From positions 119,538,001 to 119,602,000 of the forward strand of contig NC_087436.1 of the NCBI RefSeq assembly GCF_036321535.1: DNA of 64,000 bases, written 5' to 3'. Under the pieces are notes generated by a model. It saw only the letters and a list, made by a program, of their open reading frames with translations. It had not been told where the DNA came from and ran no database searches. Of this stretch, positions 36,281 through 48,400 are shown piece by piece; positions within the stretch are counted from its first letter, which is position 1; every line of letters begins with the position of its first letter. A program made the position numbers and the translations under genes. Origin of the DNA: Camelus dromedarius (lineage: Eukaryota).

Positions 36281-37039
36281 GTCAGGGCTGTGGTTCCTGA
36301 AACCTCACCCTCTGGTGCAAGTAGAAAGTCCACAGGCCACCAGTGTCCTTCCAAGGGCCCGTCCTCCTCCCAGGGAGGGTTCTGAGTGCCTGTGGGTGTC
36401 CATGGGGCAGTCAGCGTCCAGCCCAGTCCAGTCCCACCTTGGGGATCTGTGAAAATGAAGTTGCCGTTATGAGCAGCTGAACGGAATCCTGACTGAAGCT
36501 GACTTTGGTGCCGAGAAGCAGACACTGGAAGTAACAAAACCAAAACCGTGGACTTGGCTGAATGGAAAAGGGAGGGAGGACATGTTAAGTGCAGACTCAC
36601 CGCAGGAGGGAAAGCTGGTGACCCAGGCAGGCTACGTGTGGGAGAAATAGTTTATCTGACGGTCCTCTGCTGTGCTCTGGACGGAGACCACGTGCTGTCT
36701 GGGTCATAGTGTGAGGGACATGGGGGCAAAGGTTCAGCATTTTGGCATGTGCTGGTCCCTTGGGGCTTTTAGAAAAGTCCCTCAAGACAGATGTGAGCTG
36801 AGACTAAAGCCAGCCTGTCTTTAAGGAGCCATGGAGAGCATGGTGCATGTGAGGCCACGCCCACCGTCTATGCCCTCTGACTCGGGCCTCTGGGAGGTGA
36901 AGGGGCCAGTGCTTTTCAGCTCCAAGCCGACAGTGATGTGAGCAGCCTTGGTGGGGCCGCAGGTGGAGCAGGAAGTGGGCCTGATGCCCCCGTCCTCTTC
37001 CAAGCATGCGCTCTTGTGTAAAACAAATAATAAATCATT

Positions 37040-37290
37040 TTTATCAACCTGTAGTTGATTTATAATGTGTTAGTTTCTGGCATACAGCAAAGTGATTCAG
37101 GTATCTCTATATAGATATATAGATATATTCTTTTTCAGATTCTTTTCCATTATAGTTTATTACAAGGTATTGTATGGTTCCCTGTGCTGTACAGTAGGAC
37201 CTGGTTGGCTCTCTATTTTGTATATAGTAGTTTCTGTCTGCGAATCCCTAACTCTTAATTTATCCCTCCCCCGCCTTTCCCCTTTGGTGA
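37040..37290 (-). mobile_element. L1 3' end of cetartiodactyl type
   Basis: tagttgatttataatgtgttagtttctggcatacagcaaagtgattcag...ttcttttccattatagtttattacaag...ccctgtgctgtacagtaggacct...tttcccctttggt. Confidence 0.85.
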
Positions 37291-39119
37291 CGAAGCACGT
37301 ACTCCGGAGGGAACCACCCAGTAAGGATCCAGCTCAGGCGGTGTTTCTCTCTGGAATGTGGTGTCTTGAGTTACCTCAAGACAAAGACACCGGGTGCCTT
37401 CCATCTGAATGCATCGTTCTCCTGACTGCCAAGAGGCTCCAGGAATGAGGCTGCCAAAAATGCAGGCTTGAAACCAGAGATGTTTTTCCAAGAGGAAAAG
37501 AATTTTTAAATCTTGGCCTAAGATCTTTGTTCCAGGGAGAAAGTGAATCCCAAACCCTCCTCTTGGACTTGGCTTCTTTCCAGCTCCCCATCTTGAGATG
37601 AGTTTCAAAGGGAGATTCGTGGGGCAGGGGGTGCGGGGGTGGTTTGCCGAGACTCCATTTTAACCCGCAGCTTTGCCCGACTGGCTGCTCACTTCTGTGC
37701 CTTAGCCCATCCTTCTCCCCTTTCTGGGAAAAACCTTTGCCTGCTCTAAACCCCTCTGGCTCCTCCTCACCCTTCAGGTCTCAGTGCAAATGCCGCCTCC
37801 TCTGTGAAGCCTCCCTGATCACTCTATCCTCACACAGTGAGGGGCAGGTGAGTGGACTGGGCTCAGAATCAGAGAGCCCTGGGTTCAGGTCCAGGCCCTA
37901 TGGGCTGTGTGAGCTTAGCAAGTCCCCCAGTTAGCCTGGGCCTCAGTTTCCCACCTGTACAATGGGGATGGTAAGGGCAGCACTTACCTTAGGGGGTGAC
38001 AGAGAGAATCAAGTAGCACCTATCTGCAGAGTACCCAGCCCCCGGAGGTGGCAGGAACTGCTGCTTCAGCAACGTCCCTGGGTCTCTACAAAGGCCTCAC
38101 GGCTCCCCTGCCCCAGGCACCCTGCTCAGGCCGGGAAGAGGCTCGCAGCAAACTCAACCTGGGCCTTCCTGGCAGGCTCACCTCTCTGCAGCTACCTGCA
38201 GAAGCAGCAGTTTCTGGATTCTGTCCCTCAGGCCAGGGTCTAAGATCTAACCCCTGGTTGCTCTGAGACCCCAACAAAATTTGACTCTTCTCCCTCACGG
38301 CTCCTGTCACACTCTAAAATATCTTTGGCTTCCTTTATTACACACAGACAAGCACTGTCATTTGGCAAAGGCTTTATTTAAATTAATGTAGCATAAAAAG
38401 ATGGAATGGCACTTATCAGCCTTGGCAGCCATGAGAGGAGACAGCCTTAAAACTAGTGACCTGGTCACTGGGTTTTAAGAGTTACAGAAACATTTTACTG
38501 ATCAGTGTAGAGGTTTCTCTATCCTGGAGCAGCACAGATGATTCTGGCAGGATCAGACCTGGGGGGGGGGGGCAAACTCTCTCCTAATGCATGAGGAGGC
38601 AGCAGGATGTGGTTGAAAAGTTCTGGGTTTGGGATCTGTCAGTTACTGCTGTGCCCCTGACCAGCTGGGGGGCATGGGCAGGTCACTTTCTGATTTGCAC
38701 CCCAGGCCTCTCATCTGGAGAAGAGGTTACTCTCTCCCTCAGAGGGGAGCTGTGCGGATTTGCTGAGATGGTGTGGGGACCTGACTGGCCCACAGGAGGA
38801 GCTCAGAGGATGTCAGAACCCCCTCCCCAAGACCCCTAAGCACCATGTCCAAGCAAACTCCCTGAAATGTAAATTCCAATAGGTGATCCTTTTGGTCAAA
38901 ATCTCATTACTTTAAGGATAAAGTCAACATTCTTCTGCTTGGCATTCAGGTCCCTCAAGGATCTGTGTTTTTGCCCTGTGACCTTCTGGGTTCCCACCTG
39001 AGACGGGGTGGTTAACCCTTGGAACTTCACTTTCTTTCATCTCCATCTTTAAGCACACTCCCCCATTCCTGACTCAACACCATTGCTTGTTGGCAGATAA
39101 ACCCGCTTTCAGATTCTGT

Positions 39120-39645
39120 TCTGTAACATTGGGGTTCTAAGCTGCAAGTAACTTAAATCAACTCTGGCTAATTTAAGCAGAAAAAGAATTTGCTGAAAAG
39201 GAGGGTGAGTCACCATGGAACCGTTGGACAACCAGGCTGGAAGGCAGTGGGGGCACATGCAGCTGAGAGCAGCAGCAAACCCAGCTCACCGTGACTGAGA
39301 CAACGAGGAAATTCAGTTCTTTGCAACAAGCAGAAACCCAAAGGCAAGGCAGCTCTAGGGGTGGTTAGTTCCCGGGCTCTGTGACGGACGCCAGGACCCA
39401 GGTCCTTCCATCTCTCTGCTCTGCTGGGCTGTCCTGGTGGTCACAAGGTGGCTGGAACATCACAACCGCACACAGTAATGTCCAGATGAGGAAGGCAGAC
39501 CAGCTGTCTCTCTGAGTCATTCCTGGGTGTAAGAGAATTTCCCAACATCCCCTGGCAGGCTTCTCCGCAATCTCATTGGTCAGCTGAATATCACATGACT
39601 ATTCACTGACAAGTCATTGGCAGGGATGTGGACCAATCAGGTGGC
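39120..39645 (-). mobile_element. Old MaLR LTR(s) (MLT1K/L-like)
   Basis: aactctggctaatttaagcagaaaaagaatttgctgaaa... and tctcattggtcagctgaatatcacatg...gaccaatcag. Confidence 0.5.
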
Positions 39646-39649
39646 TTGT

Positions 39650-40035
39650 CAGTAGCATGTGGGAGTATGAGGCGGTCCCGCGCGTTTGGAAACAGGCTCT
39701 GCGTGATCTCGTGAAGGTGGGCATTCAGTGCCTCGGGGCGCAGTTCCGCCCGCGCCGCAGGAGCCGCGCAGCAGAGCGCTTTGTTTCCTCCAGAGCCTGG
39801 GAGCCACCCCAGGGCCCATCGCCCGGAGAGTGGACGAGCCAACCGCGGAATATCCGCCCAGTGGAGTGTTAGGCAGCAGGCAGGACGAGCAACTTCAGCT
39901 CTGTGCGACAAAATGGATGGTCTTAGTTGACAATATGACATTGAGAGGGAAGGTACGTGTAAAAGCTTATAGAGTGGATAATGACAGTATTTAAATCTAA
40001 AAACAAAATACAGACCTTTTGGCAACGATACCAAC
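39650..40035 (+). mobile_element. Old L1 (L1ME-like) 3' region with strongly GC-shifted sequence
   Basis: Skeleton ...ctgggagccaccccagggcccatcgcccggagagtggacgagccaaccgcggaatatccgcccagtggagtgttaggcagcag...gaacttcagctctgtgcgacaaaatggatg is collinear with the familiar L1 motif ctggaaacaacccaaatgtccatcaacaggagaatggataaataaattgtggtatattcatacaatggaatactatacagcag...gaactacagctacatgcaacaacatggatg (consensus recalled). Confidence 0.7.
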
Positions 40036-40761
40036 TTACCTGTGAAGGAAAGCGAGGGAATGAGGCAGCCGAATCAAGATAGGATAACTGAGTGGGGGGC
40101 AGGGCGAGCCATTTGGCCCTGCTGGGCTCTGTTTCCAGGTCTGTAAAATGGAGCTTACTGCGTCCCCACCATTGGGTCATTGTGAGGATGCAGTGAGGCA
40201 AGGAGGGTGAGTGATACGAGATGGAGAGGGTGTCTGTGGGTGCTGCCTCTGTCCCTCTGTTCTGGGTGAGGCCAGGCTCAGAGCTCCCCTCCCTGATGGC
40301 TCTCCCAACTGGACCTCCATACCTTTGAGGCGTGCCTACTCCTCCTCGCCTCTCTCCTCTGTGTCAGCTCTAACAGACCTCCCTCCTGGGCCTTGAGTCC
40401 ATCTGCCCTGCTCTCCCACACAGCACCCTACAGCCATGCAGGACCCCTCTGCCTGGAAGGGCCTCCCTTCCTCCGTTTGACAACCCCCCTGCTCATCCTT
40501 CAAGGCCCTGCTCGAAGATCTGTGACATCATCACTGACTGAGCAAAATCCTGAAGCTGGCTGGAGCAAACCCTGGAATTTCGATTGGAGTGGATTCCTGG
40601 CAGAGGGCATAGCAGGTACAAAGGCCCTGAGGCAGGAGTGTGTCAGCAGTGTTTCTGGAAGAAGTGAGGAGCCAGTGCAGCCGGAGCAGAGGCAGTGTGA
40701 GGGAAAATGGGAGAGAAGGGCTCACAGGATGAGGTCTGAATGGTGTAGGTTGTGGGGCCTT

Positions 40762-40900
40762 TTTCTTGGGGGGGAGGGTGTATCTTTTTTTTTTTTTTGG
40801 TGGGGAGAGGGTTATTTATTTATTATTTTAATGGAAGTACTGAGGATTGAACCCAGGACCTCGTACATGCTAAGCACACACTGAGCTGTACCCTCCCCCC
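40762..40900 (-). mobile_element. tRNA-Ala-derived SINE (vic-1-like) inserted in an L2-like segment
   Basis: tttatttattattttaatggaagtactgaggattgaacccaggacctcgtacatgctaagcacacactgagctgtaccctccccc. Flanks ggttgtggggcctt (40748-40761) and ggttgtgagatctt (40901-40914) match at 11/14 positions (candidate TSD). Confidence 0.8.
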
Positions 40901-41876
40901 GGTTGTGAGATCTTGTAAGGACATGGCTTGTGCACCGCCTGTGGTGGGTGGAACAGGTTTGACTTTGGGTTTCTTTCTGGTTGCTGAGTGGAGAACACTG
41001 TCAGGGGTAGTTGGGAGGCGAGGATGAGATCAGGGCCAAGGCCTGGCAACCACGGCCTTGTGGGTGCTGGGCCCCAGTGTCATCTCCTGCCCTGTCGCTC
41101 CCTGTCCGTCAGTGTCTTCACACACTCACACTCAGCTGTGCCCCACTGACCCCCACCCAGCAGGTCCCTTTGTCTTACCTTCTCGATCTACCTGGAGGGT
41201 GAACTTCTGCCTTCAAGGCCCAGCTGGGTGCCCCTTCCCAGGGAAGTCTCTCTGAGCTTCTCTGAGTCCTGGTGGTATGCTTACCATTCCCTCCTCTCAG
41301 TGTTCCAGAACCTTCCACGCCCCCCCCCCCCAATGTGTACCATAACATCCGTGACTCTTGACTGGGCACTTGGTATGGCCACATCCCATTTGACCCCCAA
41401 ACAGTCACACAAAGTAGGTCCCACCACTGTCCCCATTTCACATGTGGGAGAACTGAGGCTCAGAGAGAGGGTCAGGCCCCCTGCCGAAGACCACACAGCC
41501 CAGGTGGCTGGAGCACTGGGCGTGATGTGTGTTTGCTCTGCCAGGCTGGTAGCCTTGGGAGCTGGGCCCAGCCTCATTCATATCCGGATTCCGGGGCCTG
41601 CAGTGAAGCCTGCGGCAGGGCCTCTGGGGACCTGGCCCGCCCGCTGGCAGCTGCCGTGGGCCATCTCTGGCCAGCTCAGTGCCACGTGGCGGGCGGCCTG
41701 CCTCTGGGTCTTGGGCCTGGGCGTGTCCTCCCTGCTGAGCCTCGTTTTCGCTGAGCTGGGAAAGGTGGACCTTGTCTTCTTGCTTCCTTGTGTGGGGCGG
41801 ACTTGTCAGCACTCAGCACCTTCTAGCAATCTATTCATTTTACTCAGTTGTCTTTTTGATCGTCTCTCCCCCCAAA

Positions 41877-42090
41877 CCGTGCTCTTCAACCTTGGTACTC
41901 TTGGTATGTGGGGCTGGATGATTCTCCGTGGGGAGCCCATCCTCGCCTTGAGTGCTGTTTAGCAGCATCCATGTCCTCCGCTCCCTAGGGGCCAGAAGAA
42001 GCACCCCCTCTGGGTTTGTGAAAGCCAGACACATCTAGTGTTGCCAGGTGTCATCTAGCGGACAAAACTGCCCCCCATTGAGAACCACTG
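41877..42090. mobile_element. MER20 hAT DNA transposon relic
   Basis: tcttcaaccttggtactcttggtatgtggggctggatgattctc...gtttagcagcatcc...ttgccaggtgtc...caaaactgccccccattgagaaccactg. Confidence 0.8.
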
Positions 42091-42569
42091 CCTGGAACAT
42101 CGGCTGCCTGAGGGCAAGGAATTTGGTCCGTTTTGTTCACTCTGGTGCCCATCCCGACCCCCTACCCGCCTAGGATGGGGCCTGGGATGTGGGAGCCTGA
42201 ATAAATACGTCCTGGGTGTCACTGAGCAGATCACCTGCAGGCACGGCCAGGTCCCTGCAGCAGGTGGCGTCGTCCCATTTCTCAGGTGAGGAGATGAGGC
42301 TCAGGAGAGTCGAGTACCTGGCAAAGCTGAGTGTGTGATAGGAGGTACCAGGAACAGGGCCACTATCAGGTCACAGAGTCTTTGGTGTCCCAGTGCAGGG
42401 ACGGCCTTCAGCCGGCCGGTACCAGGCCTGGAGGGGCCGGTGGGTGCAACTACTCTTAGCCCTCCTGCAGACTGACGGTGGCTCCGGGGGGCTCTTGCGG
42501 GGATCAGTGATAGCCAACGGCAAAGTGCAACAAAATTAATGGGAAAAAATACACCAAAATATCACTAAG

Positions 42570-43077
42570 CTATGAGAAAGAAGGACATCCTGCCATTTTT
42601 GACAACGTGGATGGACCTTGAGGGCATCATGCTAAGTGAAATAAGTCAGACAGAAATACAAATGGTTTGTGTGTGTCACTTATGTGCCGAGTATTAAAAA
42701 AAAATCAAATTCATAGAAACAGTAGAAAAGTGGTTGCCAAGGGCGGTCGGGAGTGGAGGTGGGGCCATGGGGGACCACCTAGGGAGAGGCTAGTGAAAGT
42801 GTACCGTTCAGCTATGACATGAATAAGGGGTGAGGATCTAACATGGAACATGGTACTGTAGTTGGTAACACCGTGCTGTGTAATTGAGCTTTGCTAAGAG
42901 AGTAGGACTTAAATGTTCTCACCAAAAAAAAAGAAAAAAGATGAATGTGTGAGGTGATGGATGTGTTAACTAGGTGGGAGGAATCTTTCACAATGTGTCC
43001 GTACATCAAATCCCCATGACATGCACTTTAAATAGCTTACAGACTTGTCAATTGCACCTCAATAAAGCTGGAAAAAA
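42570..43077 (+). mobile_element. L1 3' end (L1MA9/L1MB-like)
   Basis: gacaacgtggatggaccttgagggcatcatgctaagtgaaataagtcagacaga...ttgctaagagagtaggacttaaatgttctcacc...tgtcaattgcacctcAATAAAgctggaaaaaa. Confidence 0.9.
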
Positions 43078-44059
43078 TCCTACATCAACTGGAGATTTTT
43101 GAGGGGCAGCCTGGTTTGGAAGGCTGGATAGGGTTTTGGACCCTGGCCTTGGAAGCAGGGCCTGGGGTGTGTCAACCTGCCTGTCTTGGCACAAAGCCCT
43201 GGATGTGCCAGCTTCCTCAGGGGAAGCACTCACTGGCTTGGATGCAGAAGAGGCTGGCGGGCCGTGTGGGGACTGCACACTGATTGACAGGCTCAGGGAG
43301 ACAGGCTGCAGTCAATCTGAATCAACTCTGGGCCTGATCTGAAATTCAAATCCTGACTAAACAGAAAATTAATCTGAATTTCATATTTTGTTATTCTCGC
43401 AGACCCAGCTGTGTCTCTGCCAGGCAGGGAGGGGCTGCTGCAGGCTTCGCTTTGAGCACCAGGACGAGGCTCACCTGTCCCTCCCCCTCCGCCGCAGCCC
43501 CGTGGAGGGAGACGGCGTCTCTCTCTGGATATTTCAGCTGCAGGTAAACAACAAAACAGAACAGCAAAGACTAGAGCCAGTCGCCACCCAGCAAAGGTGA
43601 AGTGGGGACTTCTGGAAATGGGGTTCCCCAGGTCACATCATCAGTTTCAGAGCAGCCAGAAGGCCTGGCCTTGGACCTGGGATATGGGCTCTGGGGAGAA
43701 GGGGGGATGTGGGCACCTGCCAGGCCGGACAGCAGAGCTGGAAAGTACAGTGGGACCTGTAGGCCACCTGCCCTTTGCCTGTGATGAAGGTATGGGCAAC
43801 ACCAGTTAGAAGAGGCTCTGAGACCCCGCCCCCCGGCTCAGGGTCAGCAAGTCTGCTGCCATTGCTGCGAACCCTACGTGTGGCCCTGATCTGCTGTCCC
43901 AGTGCTGCTTCTCACAGCTGTGGATGGGGTTATGCCCAGGCCTCCTCCTCCAGCCTCATCCTCCGTTTCTCCCCCACCCAGCCCCATGCAGGGAACCAGG
44001 TCCCTCCCTCCCTCAGTAACCTTCCGTGGCTGCCTATTGCCCCAGAGGCATTAAGGTAC

Positions 44060-44230
44060 CGGCTTGGGGGTCAAATCCTGGCTCAACTAATGTATTAGCC
44101 AAATGGCCTCGGGAAAGTTTTCTAGCCTCTTTGTGTCTTAGTTTCCTCATCTGAACATGGGATAAAAGTTCGTACCCCGCAGGGTGATGTAGGAACAGGT
44201 GAGTGACTGTGTGAGGCACTAGGGCAGTGC
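44060..44230 (+). mobile_element. MIR SINE
   Basis: gggtcaaatcctggctc...tgtgtcttagtttcctcatctgaacatgggataaaag. Further MIR-like pieces occur near 19160, 23260, 26030, 37860, 38600, 41430, 45110, 45470, 49640 and 63500. Confidence 0.7.
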
Positions 44231-46789
44231 TGGTGTGACCTGGGCCTGTCTGACTCTCCAGCCTCCTCCTCCTCCGCCTGCCTTCTCACACGCTGGGCCG
44301 GGCCCTGGACCCCGGCCTCTGCCCTGCCCTGCACTCAGCACCTGTTCCTTCGCCCAGAATCCCTGCCTTCTCCTGATCTGCCTGAGGTGTCAGGAGTGCT
44401 CCCTCCAGGGAGCGTCCTGGCCCTGGGGTCAGCTGCCCAGGACTTGGCTCTCACCCACTGGCCAGAGCTCTTCGTGTCTGTGTCTCACAGACCGCGGGCT
44501 CCCTGGGGACACAGCTGGGCCGTATTTATCTCTACTGTCTCTGTGCACAGAGCCTGGCCCCGAACTGGGACTTGGGGGATGTTTGGGGGTTACAGGCCCC
44601 TTGACTGTTTGCTGAGTCTACTTGTCCCCACCAGCCTGGATTGGCCCGGCCCCCCATCTTCAGGGGGCACCCACTGAGGGGGTGTTTCTGAGCCTCCTCG
44701 AAGGCCACTGGCACCCCCGCCCCCCAAGGCTGGAGGCTCCAGCTGGGTTGCTGGTGGCTGCCGCTGGAGCGATGGCTGGCCGGCTGTCTCTGCATCCGTC
44801 TCTGCCATGGCCCCCTCCTGGGCTCCTGTGCTTTATTTATGGCCGACTTGAGGGGCTTACTAAATCCTTTCTGGATTCAGCTTCATTTATCAGCCCCTTC
44901 TGATGGGCTGGTCACAGCCTCATCACTCTCCTGTCCTCGGCTTCCCGCCTCCCTTTCCCAGCCTTTCCAGGGAGGAAGGAGGGCAGAGGGGCAAGGAACG
45001 CTATTTCTATTAATGGTGGTAATGACAGTGACTTCTTGAGGGCTCAGTATGCACCTCTTAAACATCCTCTGTTCCATCCTCCAACCATTCTACAGGGAGG
45101 GCAAAAGCACGACCACCCCCTTTTACAGTGCAGAAACAGACAGGTCGAGGGGCCACCTGATGTCACACAGCAAGGATTTGGCAGGGATGGGATTTGAATC
45201 TGGCAGCCTGGCTCCAAAGTCTATACTCTCTAGCCTCCACATCACTGCTTGGCAGCTGCAGCGTTATTATAAGAAAGAGGCCATGGCGAGCTGATGGCGG
45301 TCGGGGAGGGCAGAGTGACTTTATCCAGTCAGTCTGTCAGTCAGTCAGCAGTTGTCTTTGACACCTGGGCACTGGGGACACAGATGATAACTGCCAAAAA
45401 CAGTCTGTTTGTATCCATTTATTTAATGTCCTCAAGTAAACCACATATGAGTTAGGCGCTGTCATTAACTGCATTTTGTAAGTGAGAAACAGGCACGGGG
45501 GCCATGAAGTGACTGGCTGAAGGTCACACAGTGAGCAGGCGGGAAGACAGGACTGGGGCCGAGCCACCTCCTGCCTCGGAGGTGTTCAGGGTCTAATCTG
45601 GCCATCACCATGCAGTGCTCTGGGATCCCCAGGGTACACTGAGGAGTCTGAACCCAGGTGGGAGCCCGACTGGCTGACTTGCAGAGGGGCCGCCTTCCTG
45701 GAGGTGAGAGTGGAAGGCTCTGTGTGGGGAGGCCTGGGGTGCCCCGTCTCCACCAGCCACCCGCTCACCCTGCAGACGTGCCCTGTGGCTGCTGCAGTGA
45801 CCGCTGGGGACACAGCCTGAATAGGCTTGGCTCTTGCTGTTCTTGGGACAGGCAGGCCCAGCTGCCAATGGCCTGGTGCTGAGGCCAGGAGGAGCACTGG
45901 GCATGGAGCCCTCTGTTCCTCTGAGGACCATCTGGTCTCCAGGTGGGGTGGCCACGGAGCCAGGTAGCCCTTTTGATTGGGATGTAAATACTTTGGTGGC
46001 AGAGCTTGGCACTGAGGCCAAGAGGCAGCCAAGCCTGTGATGTCCCACCCTGGCATCTCTTTCTGTAGTTTCATCTCAGCTCACTCCAGCCACCACGAAT
46101 TTGCTACCCTCCTTCATTCCATCTGACAGAGTTTAGGTTTGTCATCAGAGGCCTTGCTTCACCTCTTAAGTGCTCATATGAGTTTTTTCACTTGCCTTTC
46201 CTTATTATCCTCTGCACACTTCGGGCTTCTGGGCTGAAGGAAAGAGCCCAGGAGGAAGAGTTCGCAGTGGGGAGGAGGTGATTATGGAAGGGCACAGTGA
46301 GGGTCTGTGGACGTGGAGGGGCAGTGAGTTTGGGACTTCTGCCACCCTGATGCTGTGTGATTCTGGGCACATGACTTAACCTCCCTGGGCTTCAGAGCTG
46401 GAGGTGGGAGAAACCCATGGGTGTGGGGAAACGTCCAACTGCTTTGCGGCTAAGAACTCATCAGTTTTTATCCAGCAGGGTCACACTAATGGAATGTCTT
46501 CTGTCTGTCCTATTTTCTGCTACCTCTGCCTCTGCCCTCGCTCAGCCCCTAAGTATAGGACGGAGTTGTCCTTAGTACCGTATGCATTCCACTGGGTGCA
46601 CGGGACACTGGGCCAAGGAAGACAGCTAGGGGCACAAGGGAACTTTTTGCAGTGATGGAAATGCTCTCCATCATGATTGTGCTGGTGGTTACATGGCTGA
46701 TGCATTTGTGAAGACTCAGGACCGTACACTAAAAAGCGTGGATTTAACTGTGTATGTATTATATCTCCAAAGTATTTCTCCATAAAAAT

Positions 46790-48400
46790 CTGGCACATAG
46801 TTATTAGATTTACTGCTAGGTGGTTAATATTTTTTGTTGATATTCTACCTGATACTTTTTTAAAATTACATTTTCTATTTATTGCTGGTGTATAGAAATG
46901 TAATTGATTTTTCTGTATAGTGCTTAGGTCAAGAAAGCTTTCTGTGGGGGAGGTTACAGCTCAGTGGTAGAGCGCGTGCTCAGCATGCACCAGGTCTTGG
47001 GTTTGATCCCTGATACCGCCTCTAAAAATAAATAAATAAAATAAATTACCCCCCCCCACACACACACAAAAAGAGCTTTCTAGATTCTTTTAGTACTTCT
47101 AATAATTTGATGGTAGGTCTCTTTTGTGTTTTCTGTGTAGATGTTTCTGTGTGAATAATGAGAGTGTTTATTACTCTCTTACGCTTTCCTTGCCTTGCCT
47201 CCCTTGCCGCGCGAGCTGGGGTCTCTAGGGCAGCGTTAAACGGAAGCGCTGAGAACGGCCGTTTTGACCCTGAGTAGACGGAGTGCGTCTGAAGTTTTCA
47301 CCCAGGAAAGGTTACGTTTGTTTTAGGTTTTTGGTAGATGGACTTTTCAACCTAAGGAAATGTCTTTCCACTTCTCATTTACTTAAAGTTTTTTGTTGTG
47401 TTTTAACATCGTGGTTGTGGAGTTTTATCGAAATCTTTTTATGGATTATTGAGATGATAAATGTTTCCTTTAATCTGATCATATGGTGAACCACAAGAAG
47501 TTTGAATGTCGCAGCGTCTCTGCGTTCCCAGGATAAACCCTTCCTGGTCATGGTGCATTTACATTTTACTTTGACATTTCCTTTGTGTATGAGGCTGGAT
47601 TCTGCTTGCTGATATTTTGGTTGGGATTTTTCCATCTGTGTTCACGAGTGAGACAAGCTAAGTTTTTCTTCCTCATGCAGTTTGTCTTCGGGTTTGGCAT
47701 TAGTGTTACAGCAGCCTCACAGAATGGGACAGTTTGCATAAGATTTCATTTCTTGAAAGTTTGGTACCATTCAAGCCTGGGGTCGTCTTTATGAGAAACT
47801 GTGGATTCATAGATCTTATTTTAAATTGTGGGGCTCTTCAAATTGTTAATTTCATCCTCAGCAAGTTCAGTTGTCATAGTTCTTGTGGGGAATTTGTCTA
47901 TTTTAAATTTAAAAGGTATTATCATTAAGACTCTTCTATTATTCCATTAGTATTTTAATCTCTGGCATACCTATATTCACGTCCATTTAATTCCAAACAC
48001 TGGTTATGTATGTATTCTCTTTTTTCTTGATCACTCTTGCCAGAGATTAGTGTACGTATTTCATTTGTCTTCCCAAAAAACGAACGTTGGCTTTGTTGAT
48101 TATTTCTGTTTTTCTTTGTTCTCTGTTTCATTTATTTATCTGCTTTCTACTTTTTATAAGAGTTTATTCAGTTGTTATTTTTATGTCTTAAGTTAGATGC
48201 TTACAGCTCATTAGCTTTTAGCTGTTCTTTTCCAATGTAAACTGTTAAGGCTACACATTTCTCTCTAACAACTTTGGCTGTATTCTACAAGTTTTGATAT
48301 GTACCATTTTCAATACCACGTGAGTCCAGGAATTAAAAACATCTGTATGTGTTTCCCTGGACCCATGATAAACTTTGTTTTCTTTAAGAGAGAAAGTAGT
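46790..48400 (-). mobile_element. Old L1 (ORF2-region relic, antisense), interrupted by a SINE
   Basis: T-rich block with antisense-L1 motifs ttgctggtgtatagaaatgtaattgatttt, gggttggatttt...catctgtgttcacgag, ttcttgatcactcttgccagag and aaggctacacatttctctct. No intact ORF. Confidence 0.75.
46946..47071 (+). mobile_element. tRNA-Ala-derived SINE (vic-1-like) with TSD
   Basis: gggggaggttacagctcagtggtagagcgcgtgctcagcatgcaccaggtcttgggtttgatccctgatacc, then (AAAT)n, attaccccc and a CA/A tail. Flanks aaagctttct (46934-46943) and agagctttct (47072-47081). Confidence 0.88.
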
